DNA from: Puniceicoccaceae bacterium
GTDB lineage: Bacteria; Verrucomicrobiota; Verrucomicrobiia; Opitutales; Oceanipulchritudinaceae
Direction: 5' to 3'
DNA length: 64,000 nt
NCBI GenBank assembly: GCA_040830765.1
Contig: JBFOMH010000005.1
Coordinates: 96,001-160,000 of the forward strand
Both the position numbers and the translations under genes were made by a program. Under the pieces are notes generated by a model. It was not told the origin of the DNA, did not search any database, and saw only the letters and a program-made list of their open reading frames with translations. The first letter of the stretch is position 1. Each line of letters opens with the position of its first letter. This document shows, one piece after another, positions 61,101 to 64,000 of this stretch.

Positions 61101-63999
61101 CCGGCCGGACATCGGCATCAGCGAGGGAACCGCCACCCGAGCCAATGGCAATGGTCTGCTTCTCGGTCGAGGCAATGGCATCGCTAAGGGAGATTGCCTT
61201 GAGGTCAATTTCCCCGGTGGCGTGCATGAAGCGGCCATTGGCGACAAGGGCCTCGATGGTTGAGGTCACGTCGGCCTCCGCCTTGTTCAAAGTCCCGGCA
61301 ATCAGGCCACCGGCAACGGCTTGGACAGTAGCGGAGGCAACATCCTGTCCGGTTGCATGGATATTGACATCGGTGGCTCCCGGCGAGATGCCCGTACCGA
61401 GGTTGCTGTCGAAAAGGGATTGGGTGGTTGTCTGCAGGTCCGCCCGGGCGAAGGTTCCACCAAAAGCAGCGGCCCCCAAGGCACTGCCCCGGGCATCGGC
61501 GATGGCACTGTTGGAGGAACTGGAAAGAACATCGACCCTTCCCGTAGCGGAAACAGCACTACCATTGCCAATAGTTGACAACACCTGCGCATCGCTGAGG
61601 GCCAGCGCTTCCCCACCATTGCCACTGAGGCCGATGGAAACGCTACCCAATTCAACGTTTGCGGTATTTGAGGATATGAGGCTGGAACCGACGAGAATGT
61701 TATTACCGGCAAGGTCGCTGCCACCAAGAGTGAAGGCCTTGACAATGGAGCTGACGGTGGAATTCACCAGGGCAACCGTTACCGAGGCCCCAATGGAGAC
61801 ATTGGTTCCAGTACCGGTGGCGAAGGAATCGACAATCGCGTTCGACTCGATGTTGATATCGCCGCCAGTAGCCACCGCGGAGGTGTTTTCACCAAGGTAG
61901 GCCAGTATCTGCGAGGTTGAGGTGGCGTTGGTCAAATTAAAGGAACCGGCACCGCCGATGCCGACACCGATCATTTCACCGGTGGCGCTCAACGTACCGG
62001 TCAAGTCTGCGAGGATTTCAATATCCCCGCCTGAGCTGGTCAAAGTGGTTGGAATTCCGGAAGGAACGACGCCCTCGGCTGGACCGGCATAGGATTCCAC
62101 AATATGGGCATCGGTCACGTCGACCAGGGCACCCTTTCCGGAGAGCAGACCAATGCTGAGGCTGGAAACGTCACCGGTGGCGCTATTGATAGCGGCGGAC
62201 CGGATGGCGATGCCACTCGCCTCGACCGAACTGCCTTCACCGACATAGGCGGACGTGCTTCCAGTGACTTCGGCCTCAACCGTGAGGGCACCAAAATCGA
62301 GGACTCCCCCGCTTCCACCGCCACTGGATGCTTCAACGGTATTGGTACTGGTGGCGGTAAGTTCAAATGCATTACCGGAGGAAATCGTTGAGCCGGATCC
62401 GATGGTTGCCGTGGTGACCGGCCGGTTGATGGCCTTGGAGAGAATGAGGCTGCCACTGACAATGCCGCCGCCAACTGCCTCCGCATTCGCCGTGCTGCCA
62501 TAGCCCGGTCGGGAATCGTTGTGGGAGGCCTTGATGGAAATGAATCCGGCATCAGCGAGGAGGGATGTATTCGGACCGGCTGAAGCTGTGACTACCGGTT
62601 GCAGGCGACTTTCGGCGAAAGAGCCACCTCCGGAGAAGCCGCCGCTGATGGTCAGGGCATCGGTCAGGGCATCCGCATCACCAGCAAAATAGGTTGCGAC
62701 GAAGATATCTCCCGTCACATGGACAACCTGGTCGCCGGCCAGGGTGGCTTCCGCTACTGAGTAGACCTTCGCACTGGCGTCCACTGAGTTGATACCGCCA
62801 AGCAGGCCACCGGTGGCCGCATCCGCCTTGGCGAGGGCCAATCCCTGGGCAGTGGTTTCAATCGTCAGGTTACTGGCGCCAGCGGAAACATCCGTCCCGA
62901 TTTCACCATCCATGTAGGAACGGGTGATTCCGGAGCCCTCGGCATCTGCATCAGTTCCACCGATTCCGCCCAATCCGGTCGCGGTGATTCCCCGGCTGAG
63001 GGCCTTGGCGGAATTGACGGATTGCGATTGGATGGAAATTGATCCATCGGCCAGCAAGAAGGAGTCCTTCGCCACTCCTGCCTCAACAAGAGCGTTGGCG
63101 GTGGCTTCCGTCTTGGTGAACTTCAGGGAAGCCAATCCAGCTCCGGGGGCAAGTGACCGTGCCAGCGCACCCTGGACATCCTCGACCCCGGTGGATTCGG
63201 TATCGATTCCCAGGCCAATCTTTTCTCCGGAGGCATTCGTGTTGTGGCGAGCCAGCAGGGAGACATTGCCAGTCGTTTCCAAGGCCACCTTGGTTCCGAT
63301 GGTCGCCTGGACAACGGGTTCGAGAGTCGCCAAGGCGAGCCCGGTTCCCAGTTCAATGGCCCCGCCGGTTGTGCCGCGGGCATCCGCCCGGACGTTGCCC
63401 TGGGAGATGGCACTGATGGAGACATCTCCGGTCAGGCCGAGGACAAGGGAATTGTCAGCGATACCGGAAGTAACGATTGAAGTCAGGCTGGCATCTGAAA
63501 GGGAAGCCGCACCGGCTCCGTAAAAACTTCCACTGGTAACTTGTGAGCGCAGGTTGACATTTTCAACAGCCAGCGACTCGATGACCAGTCCGCCGCCGGA
63601 GTCAATGTCACCATTGGCATTTGCCAACACACGCGAATCGACAACACCTGTCGTAACCATGATCCCGATGGCAACTGCGCCGGTTGTATCGGATTCACCT
63701 CTCATATAGACGACATTAGAGGCAATGGACCGGACGGAGATGACTCCACCAGCTGAAATCGTGGTTTCCGTGCCGGTCATGGTCTGGATATCGGCACTGG
63801 CTTCACCATCAACCAGCGTCCCCGTACCGGCAACGACACCAAAGGCCGGGGCATCAGCGAGCGCAGTGGCGGAAGCAGGCGCGGCGAGGGCGTCCCCATA
63901 AAATTCGTTGTGGAGGGATTCCACAGTAACAGCACCACCGGCATCAACATTCGTCGTTCCATCGATGTACGTATCGATCTCGGGCTTAACGTAGGAGTT
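34168..63999 (-). CDS. Giant (>9,900 aa, 5' end outside window) repetitive RTX/adhesin-like surface protein
   Basis: Frame stays open from 63924 to the edge (NSYVKPEIDTYIDG...). Order N to C: Ala/Ser/Gly/Thr/Val beta-repeats; small beta-barrel-like modules; GGxGxD RTX repeats; lectin-like domains; two cadherin-like repeats (LLAND.D.DGD); P-proprotein domain; HELGHILGLGH. Confidence 0.92.
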   Translation of the reverse strand, partial: NSYVKPEIDTYIDGTTNVDAGGAVTVESLHNEFYGDALAAPASATALADAPAFGVVAGTGTLVDGEASADIQTMTGTETTISAGGVISVRSIASNVVYMRGESDTTGAVAIGIMVTTGVVDSRVLANANGDIDSGGGLVIESLAVENVNLRSQVTSGSFYGAGAASLSDASLTSIVTSGIADNSLVLGLTGDVSISAISQGNVRADARGTTGGAIELGTGLALATLEPVVQATIGTKVALETTGNVSLLARHNTNASGEKIGLGIDTESTGVEDVQGALARSLAPGAGLASLKFTKTEATANALVEAGVAKDSFLLADGSISIQSQSVNSAKALSRGITATGLGGIGGTDADAEGSGITRSYMDGEIGTDVSAGASNLTIETTAQGLALAKADAATGGLLGGINSVDASAKVYSVAEATLAGDQVVHVTGDIFVATYFAGDADALTDALTISGGFSGGGSFAESRLQPVVTASAGPNTSLLADAGFISIKASHNDSRPGYGSTANAEAVGGGIVSGSLILSKAINRPVTTATIGSGSTISSGNAFELTATSTNTVEASSGGGSGGVLDFGALTVEAEVTGSTSAYVGEGSSVEASGIAIRSAAINSATGDVSSLSIGLLSGKGALVDVTDAHIVESYAGPAEGVVPSGIPTTLTSSGGDIEILADLTGTLSATGEMIGVGIGGAGSFNLTNATSTSQILAYLGENTSAVATGGDINIESNAIVDSFATGTGTNVSIGASVTVALVNSTVSSIVKAFTLGGSDLAGNNILVGSSLISSNTANVELGSVSIGLSGNGGEALALSDAQVLSTIGNGSAVSATGRVDVLSSSSNSAIADARGSALGAAAFGGTFARADLQTTTQSLFDSNLGTGISPGATDVNIHATGQDVASATVQAVAGGLIAGTLNKAEADVTSTIEALVANGRFMHATGEIDLKAISLSDAIASTEKQTIAIGSGGGSLADADVRPVVTAALGESSTIQAGSIVLLASQGVVSLGADASVEGEAGALFDLSLLVALADQTPIVTASIGAGSDILTTGRVWVSSNSTNIATASNTSAVAAAATFSGMWVESNIFGRSVASIGEGSQVDSGSIRIVGSADNTSTATVESASLGLATGAGALVRAADNHLVAGYAGPEEGSGPAASATILSTNASDGIFVIAQLDSSVTATGELEGIALGGAASYSDTEAESNSNVLAYLGDQVDAQATGGDLRILADAVVDVVADGTGSGVSIGFAANAARVTSTLSTIVRAYTNGGSSLSGSNIEITASLVSSNMAHVELGSIALFAGINGGEARATTDAIIYAAIDNGTTVTSSGSVFIRSPSVNSADADARGDALGALAVGATFARADIQTTTEALFDSDLGDNLSPAALNLIIEATSVEEASSTIKAAASGLVSGTFNLAEADVTSSVDARIGEGSQVHVTDQVRLNAFFTGDAITATEKESIAIGSGGGSSAISHLRPSVNAVVSRDAIVFSGSADISATGNSKTVGSSATLEVESGALFDFSIALARAIQTPQVSARLEDGSNVKTSGLVTIDATSTNIATASSTSATTAAAGFSGLVVEADMQGSTTATIGEGVSVTGDILSMRADATNTVIALLDSVSIGLVNGAGVFVTATDNHLVQASAGPVSGALDFTNLILDGNIELVAELDSTVHSTGNMESLSFLVSGGYTDSVATSTSQVYAFIGEKVIAEAGSTVQVDAFADVDVDADGRGVSEAGAISFLGTRIRGNLDTDVQARIYGGGGQVVANELRVFARMFSENDALLKVGSMGLLGSGTFSDALASSNATVFAEVGDGASVIAFSGVTLFASSGNTANSDARGDTTGIAAIGLSVAKSDLNVVTQALFNSELVNSTANLLIESGSTNIATSTVRATAGGLAEFGTNTAESLVRSKSFAGIGDGYSIDTTGDVTIDADTRGEATANTEEETISGGSVGGSTATAKMEPTVNAFIGNNTQVVAGSVSINAALELVDPTSLGSSAVVEAEGGAVFFDLSEAKARALHAATVSASIGEGAIVDSTGTVSINATSANDAHALSNNSSTSATAFGSFIVKAELDGSTTATIGEGAAIDADILSINANATNDVSAFLDSVSLGLATGSGAEVAARDNHLVQASVAPASGAVVYTNLTTAGGIELFAGMTSTVLAIGNMNQLSFVGSGGYTDATATSTSQVHAFLGDGVFANAGGNIRIEADADVDVDASGRGVAEAGAISFQGARILGVLDTDVKAQGLGYGEFLATEVQVIADLDSSNDALLKVGSMGLLGSGTFSEAIASTNATVLAEISGERDIKADALLAIDARSNNTAHADARGDTTGTVAVGLSMAKSDLNATTQALLNSRVTATTADIFIVSESTDVATATVRATAGGLVEFGINTAEALARSKSIAGIQPGFAVYTTGSLFIKASGFGETTANTEEETISGGSVGGSTALSRLEQTVNAFIGEGVEVLAASVSVTAVQDLIDPGSLGSSAVVEAEGGSVFFDLSEAKARALNASTVSANIGDGVVINSAGTVSVNATSTIDAHALSNTSSTSATAFGSFTVKADLEGSTMATIGEGVTLNADILSINANATNDVSAFLDSVSLGLATGSGAEVSARDNHLVQASVGPVAGAVEYTNLTTAGGIELFAGLTSTVLAIGNMNQLSFVGSGGYTDATAKSTSQVHAFLGDGVFATAGGNLVIEADADVDVDASGRGVGESGGITFQGTRIRSVLDTDVKAQSLGFGKFIATEIQAIANLNSTNDALLKVGSMGLLFSGTFSDALASTNATVLAEISGERDVVADAVILIDATSNNTANADSRGDTTGTAAIGLSMAKSDLNATTQALLNSRITASDADLFISSLSTDVATATVQATAGGLIEFGINIAEALARSKSIAGIQSGFSVDTTGTVDIKARAIGETTANTEENTISGGSVGGSTALSRLEHTVNAFIGDGVEVYASSITLKAILDLIDPASLGSIAVVEAEGGALVFDASKAEAHAIHNVSVNASIGEGVIINTLGTVSLQAISSNNAHAKSDTASISAAAFGAFEVKAELNGSTTATIDEGAFIRAGFISLITDAINNVSAILDSVSLGLGTGAGASVSATDNHLSQASVGPASGLGTGDVTNLIVTGSVEVWAQLDSTVIAAGNMDSLSFLVSGGYTDATATSTSQVYAFLGDKVVADVGGTIRVEADADVDVDAIGRGVGASGGASFLGTRIRGVLDTDVSAEILGGGGQTTANEVQVLARLTSNNDTLLKVGSMALLGSGTFSDALASSNANVRAEIGNSASVIAGSGVTIFATSNNTANADTRGDTVGGIVAVGLSLAKSDLNVTTQALLNSELVGSTANLLIDAASRDVATASIQATSGGLAEFGINKAEALVRSKSFASIGNGYSVDTTGSVTIKSTSRGESTASTEEQTLSAGSVGGSKALSRLEPTASAFVGDNVQIDAASVSVSAALELIDPASLGSSAVVEAEGGSAFFDLSKAEANAIHASNVTARIGDNARVFADGLVQVVASGENSALALSESASAAALELSAFLVVAELTGSTRAIVGNGANLLGSHILVDSLVTNTVTALIGSVSLGLIEGAGARVQAIDNQIVEAYAGPEEGTGAGGSTTFLKSTGIDGIIVSATLTGTISSTGEMLGIGLGGSGSFSDTEALSTARVRAYLGEAVDAKALNGGSVMVDATGYVEIDANGTGTNVSIGVAVGTAQVSSTLSTEVSAFTGAGALLVGSNITVTADFGSINNAFVELGGLALLAAINGGEAIALTDASVRAEVGDGSTVETTGDVDVLALSENRVFADARGDRLGLAAFGGSYAKGELNATTRAVFDGSIGAPGSPSNGAVTVDAYSSEAAQAVVKAAAGGLFEGSLNKAETDVRSFVQGLVGANSEIYTTGAVTVSSAFIGDAVTSTETISIAVGSGGGSSSFARLRPTVSAFLGNGASVDAGSLLVEADLGQGVLGVGTDSSVEAESGALFSGSLTGALAEQDSKVIASIGSGATVTTAGSIIVDANSINKVKASSTKDNVAAVGFSGMIVDADLTGVTRALVGEAAQLNASEIQILANASNTVEATTEGLSLALAEASGAIVEASDAHLVEAAGGPESAIGIPGGNTGLVATSSINISATGNSNVLVTGEMFGLALGGSGSFTDTRADSSMSVRSYIGEATDVVVTSGDLAVTATATASVRAFGTGSNFALFGGFAGAIAQSQLNVNVEAFVGDDSSLSANNILIDASLVGVNRADARLASGGLIVGAAGGTARALTVSSVLADIGSGTNVSASGNLSILANSVTDAIADAKAASGGIVAFGASVAFADVESTTTATFSGLAGSEAIPGVGSVVIEANGVDRVGARARAVSGGLGSGTFNESDANVLTIVEAGVGTNAIVNSSGDLNILAFASPEADAVTRGVTFGLIAGVGGSDSAANVNAQVTANVGAGSTIIVGGSINMAAIEDPIVADNIPDYVIISADLAEDSLLVNNHNLETGDTVEVSKDGGDLEATEVIDDDEFVRRYNVLVIDQDNLALGTGFLGDPVAPGSGSGVNATFDTILFGIAHNFQDGDRLKYEALDGAPNVGGLNPTDSYYVITVDEFRIRLVSTQAQADDPTAFTKVFTPAGVSGSNVNLPGHGFTNGQAVTYDSPDALQFNVGQADVVGGTLSGGAVNITDFVDGDNVVFYDPEDVTPVSHGYSDGDKLLYGVSTLEDTAAIPIGGLEDGLVVRAVVVNTYTIQLKYNDLLLNEEVNFVRSATGDQIIRTSGESWLDNGFDAGHTLLISGAGINSGEYTILGVSGDTLTLTVADTVTATRITAPVNWVRGATGMPDVLDRIVRTDGGNWGNSNLVTGQTIVVTGSGANNGTYTIDSIATTSVAGDTIVLTSVEAVASASEIITVSNPVQKTFDEPIIPLAPVKTSITGDVTIALDAAGDTITRNDGDWSNSVFTVGSGIHIGGSDDNLSIYEIADITGSVITLTVGNTLVAESGRRTITESLPQGNHNSGADVHSLIRLSEAPLGIDGGGRLQDGRTYYVTVTDADNFSISLTPGGPAIVLETTGLGSGIEHSFAPVVDLGSSSGEHTLRLDLVTPVPGDQVLLGPDQVPLQSIAPLSGDGTSAARAEGSGGGFIGLNVNDASIRFDATVIATLGGSFVSAGNDIDVSSFTRTRATAHSQNDTGGAAALGTAKVDSDQVVITEAGIGTGTRILVGDDFSVHAQAELNSNVSSKARTGGFVAISNADSDTDIAFSTIARIGQNADILVNDHASVIAESEVNAFSKAKSRGSGAGGNARSQNRITIDGLDSDDNGTNKVVLEDGAILSANTVVLKAHTPKMNVRAQGDAVGRGVYAAASDSTRINVAAGNRVEMGTQVRLTALEGVDIISRYGDLDDANDPDIRTFAKSFVKSSGLFGWVGARATNNTNLVNQIYGATEALITTGPRADLDANLEHPSESDHLALYLNAANLAGAILANESARAKKRSLAGGGSSQGGSKSRDEEIDFSSNILILSGRIPILEIELTIDEAGNIVTAIETSVNDLDDSAKTSGPILDNIIRVNDIVNPGAGDVVFRATTSIAGSGGTWEFRDSLPKVVITNHSNKDLQVNGINVIGTRQPLSWIDPSTSRTITFALEQDVTPSLVDITNTGTGSVHVNGVIENPIGTTSIVSPQSDIVGTAARTGSPTSLIRTNILRLDSPTGQVGEDDMRLNVDIIDSPGVPGEVYFQTRRVIDETNTIFLGFDHQFFTGQLVRYDTSATPISGLTNGGHYYAIVSEDRLTIQLAETQGGLPINIAQAGGDFNEHSLTPVTRFTVNAATDIYLDLLGRQRGILDTFFVEVDAVTAGNDIDILMRPTVQELDVGEKGGVLIKHPGQPGGLAYFNFYVPDILPPEALNFGAYATAPDEVDSTYDYRQIDTEGEPTLPGLVAGGNIILLSSELDPGATLVNVLGISEILTTGDIDILTNGDITLTEKTGDMRVERIKSTGNDVLLYAPATILDARNDTALSSEADVSGVNITLVSGTGLVNPPGTYDDPMPLDADLPVGGIGLPDNFLEIDVDIDGATGGELGTLRAFDYTANTTQGIYIDEVDGDLHVHTVESINDISLRTVGGSILDSRNDGAGDEAVNILGQAIDLDANGSGSSIGASANDLEIDSSRGSPAVALDEAGDDVAMEATDSIFVTETDGTLRLLLAHAYMGDIRITVRESSDLDEDLELIRLGTARFAETNTTIPDNHPDALREIPNGQIFAEMGWVLLQVGDDIRTEPNSEILAAEDITMFVDHVNLDSGFGTETILRGRIIAGADVTAGSPVGSAIPTFTAPVYLTEIWGHTDVDHIDFGDASGAGGTTTQGSPGYIFIGSKTRVHGSQDADSGGDDGEDRFRVFYLQDASVTTSPANISTAEHTLTLDGQADTDYYEVHTLGSNGADERNYVINVLDTGAEDDGVDELLILGLDTADEGIDPSTGEPFPNDDIFLLRAADYLPNEVADRPAYVAMLHGAVEQYLDTITGNEASNEVQRINYDTALNGRVRVHSFGGNDVFYSDDTTAIVELDGGSGDDTFQIGQVFGLKRDSAEGLLLEQDIFPDLVPTTRGWLSPGTHAPMVVHGGTGNDEFTVYSNQAELRLEGDDGNDQFVVRAFAIAAVVDTDANGDGVKDINDILNPTMDNNGDGVANAADANMTDDWRDDVLPVDEDGVAVPIIGLGFSVAREPDIRAGGGEDEVRYNINAPVSVEGGTGFDKLVILGTEFADDFVITDKGIFGSGLHVRYRTVEVVEIDGLEGDDEFFVQSTAFGVAYRVIGGLGSDTINVTGDVTEDIVALELEGLSGAVDHLVSSDDPNYDGLITDGFDYNVATGEQGAVVITESNGFTAVKEGGPVPVDSYSVRLATAPAPGTFVYVTVSAARNSEQEAADSFSNPLPLTNGEGDSIWLSTVAPADLDNPLDAEFQRTVVINGVPTQIDNRAVVLVFDSTNWDADQEVFVFAPDDTRAEGDRIVVTQHSVISDDVAFDAVRVRNVEVLVRDNDTPGVFVREVEPGTFIEDGRSLVIEGDSITQLLDEVLLQLAMAPEIGETIVVKLVLDDDSDAQIRLLNLESDPRFDPIAKTVTFTSDNWDDPVRIAIKARDDFRNEDPGIASIGFALDASTIDPDGSYQFPNLRSGVVILDIEVIDNETPGMVSLESAGNTLMIKDDPDTLFDETTSDDYLIRLTLRPTADVQVAILTDGLADVISIDGAPVVYNTIGGIRATQLFLGTIKFGQSGGKGILTRGTGEDFGSFINEGFTAGMMLRVAGSGAAGVDGDYIIETVTDQVITLSTGFTPANPASDIEIPDTVSLSKLVREGFYSGEIQVDALNRRLVRTDGSSWLADGFLEGQRIRVTNPANTSEYVDFKIAIIRGDNATKDEKIELTAETALPAWLTGTLQLEVNRIAATATFTPSDWYTQQTVTLQPDPFYDVPVTREGVKVFPVSTHLLSKLRGPLAVEGGPTGADRTVRNGLKLPGEADDFLPVVAEQPPESQQIDVLNIFNDSSQMDRSGVMTQTSLTGFGMADEIDFSAFGEGVFGEAPVVPGGISFGRVNFDGSDYSTDTDQSTIEVVNLMLGEGNESLVIEGTLDPAPPVSATNTFDSSPNAGLDGGTITRDGFDWKANGFLIGQVVTIPGYTGEWTIVAIDDAGLDPNDNSVLVLENLSGDVLPVLNGELITVIGEDPLVLVTLEVDTNFTATGGMVTRGTGNWEDDGFLVGHLVKIESTLINGEWRLLDITNGGLTLVLEGPAIQTLTGEELTLSVAGPHGGLTVVHGGGNALLDLNGEVDVSGEQGEVHLLRLDGLDWASDGFEPGQQVQLSVDGLPELTTREILGYANADGSAIPADAFGTWGEGSVLILDGDAIPAGTIDLVIHVAEELRESFIGQVDIATTSLTRTDGDPWTSDGFAIGQQVWISGMAGPYTISAFSGDSGEVMELLGVALTPVAGVELTVFGFDPDYDGGVRIGGDHIIINGGAGPDSPLVVYGDTSQDGVWYSGHPYDVLGYEFGEKPFDPFPELPDGENEDDEWVFPLANPYKYAGNDIIDASNLFSGLSGGDLPSVGFTAYGGVGDDLIIGSQSGDHLAGGSGNDTILGQRGTDHIYGDSGVNVNILTRGLTIPTVDNSPRPTIDPALFTNGTTLAPVPSPVRDDLLAGRDIIYGDGPGSSEGPSSDFTDIIFADHGEIVQYVTDPNLPDALLQKIQTTELDSVLFINSAELQNGDDDVVFGGPGRDVIIGGTGNDMLDGDEQGDIIFGDNVFMARRDLGGLNPADGNIYDDVTNPRFQTLLGQLLYSRSDFDLPAGHPDAGSPPSADDSGELLIDGIWRNYRDPDGIAWWAEYLIDYSTLHTFAIDPSTDEDFETLVGVGSFGNDYIAGGADHDQIFGQLGDDIIQGDGGIELAFAAQSHVGASRTPVPSTDPGVVDDPIGPLSVVASFEAASDGDDYIEGGGGNDIIFGNLGQDDIVGGSSNFFSLTDRDMRPDGDDYLFGGAGTQVDRNDEDLPTDGTLEEQRHARDADTILGDNGNIHRVVGTDSTDINPAVDLANPLWLSFNYDQYTDNLDLADQLKIVVRGVHLIDYTAGGPDFRPDNFSLENLGQASGFRQEFDLWTRVDIGGHDEVHGGPGDDTIYVAGGHDRVFGDADDDDIVGGWGNDWISGGTGQDGVIGDDGRIFTSRNTAGDIDFFSEPLFGIFFLLAEDPEPRRPQVIHGNVIDEYVYTPGQVQTATLNPSGALNKAVDITPFNLRPNDQGADDPLFDANVADDIIFGGLGDDFLHGASGDDAIAGGEALPESYTQRFNELGVVDGLVRTDFTRPWNPGDILKFGDDTDPWNAPKPIQSRLGEFFLYDEYDPRRIIQFNVDGDVWKDLSAALFPYQYFLNLVDNEGPLEYGAIAFEPNGTPIDFANRNNDGNDVMFGDLGNDWQVGGTGRDTIYGGWGNDLSNADDVLTTNGGLNDTTDSHPVYEDRVYGGAGLDILIGNTGGDRLIDWVGEFNSYIVPFSPFGIATVSRQVPPQLFDFLYALSASQGADPTRDTDTGNAAERNGEPDGELGLIIQRDHGLWQDQTGGPTDPQPGNIPGGARDVLRTADFNGGQAQGFFIDSGIWNVDSGRMEVAPNVLGGDAASVFYVDEWLPTYFEMKATINAGKPTAGLDSNAFLIFDYQSPTDFKFAGVNISIDKLQMGYRDETGWHVVEQDNAQLRPNKDYRLLLAINGTVATLVVNNTEVFTHAFAPRIDEYGFSHGLNEGLVGIGADNSIARIDNVAVQILPPELTLEETEFFDDGLAPRLTGESVGDWLISGGTLSGSPEAGADRAFQQIDLDVDLAYLARTRFLVSTDSMAGLVFDRYDDNDFKFAALSVETDEVLIGHYTKRSGWVIDASTPFELNAGQSYQLEVTMDGLGVSVVVDGQTVLGFAFNAPLMDGDIGLLTGSTFATFDDLTVMTNDPAYEGDNTNTDPSPNGDAYAAIEDQSIVISEADLLANDTDNDGDTLVITGLSQPQNGTLVDNGDGTWTYIPDADFAGLDSFNYTVSDGNGGTGSAVVGISVAGVNDAPVATDDMLQALKDQQLIIPIADLLANDSDVDGDTLYLASFSQPSAGTLVNNGDGTLTYTPVLGFTGVDGFTYTVSDGNGEYSTAASAISVQQPNPSHTYSASPGTNIRDMKTVTSTIEISDTYSIHDLNVILNISHAAAQDLDVFLIAPDGTRVELFTDVGGNNDNFTNTELDDEAGVSIVDGSAPFTGSFRPEGDLSAFEGKVVTGTWTLEVSDDKRRNSGTLDDWSMVIEESAAMLAASTAPADHASNPLEQEDLDRFVDAVVASWMESGKLSAYQEILIGSVRFQVADLDGRMLGVTSGQTVTIDSDAAGWGWFLDSTPDDNSEFIQSSDPDVWIADSSSEASGLMDLYTVITHELGHILGLGHDDPDHAFMSESLEAGTRLTSHHWDTDPFPDSSAP
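51000..63900 (-). repeat. About eight diverged ~489-500 aa super-repeats within the giant gene
   Basis: GSSA.(V/L)E(A/V)E.G anchor at 53645, 55124, 56591, 58058 and 59525 (periods 1479, 1467, 1467, 1467 bp); weaker copies near 52150, 61000 and 62490. Confidence 0.88.
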
Positions 64000-64000
64000 G

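Noticed and set aside
51000..63900. Repeats as a CRISPR array, DGR template/variable pair or assembly duplication
   Set aside because: The repeats are in-frame, ~1.47 kb long and diverged at synonymous sites. No cas or reverse transcriptase gene and no adenine-specific variation was seen.

Overview
A GC-rich (~58-60% by eye) bacterial chromosomal window, most likely Verrucomicrobiota class Opitutia (inferred from the PEP-CTERM style and C-terminal domains). Left to right: (1) the end of an Mla/Pqi-type ABC lipid transport operon; (2) secreted VOC, lipoprotein and beta-propeller genes and a YbjT-like SDR; (3) a ~10.6 kb candidate extracellular nucleic-acid utilisation locus, in which two paralogous endonuclease I genes bracket two PEP-CTERM genes, an Oar-type TonB-dependent receptor and a lamin-tail/choice-of-anchor-J surface protein; (4) a GGR-like flavoprotein plus a stand-alone cNMP-binding protein; (5) a trimeric group A [FeFe]-hydrogenase operon with an unusual, cluster-stripped HydB, running on into an EamA transporter and an OprC-like receptor that lacks the Cu motif; (6) sat-cysC, a secreted alpha/beta hydrolase, an S10 peptidase and tonB; (7) a >29.8 kb ORF, open at the window edge, encoding a >9,900 aa repetitive RTX/adhesin-like protein with a C-terminal zinc-metalloprotease motif. 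I saw no rRNA, tRNA, CRISPR array or mobile element. All family calls come from motif recognition by eye, not from database searches.
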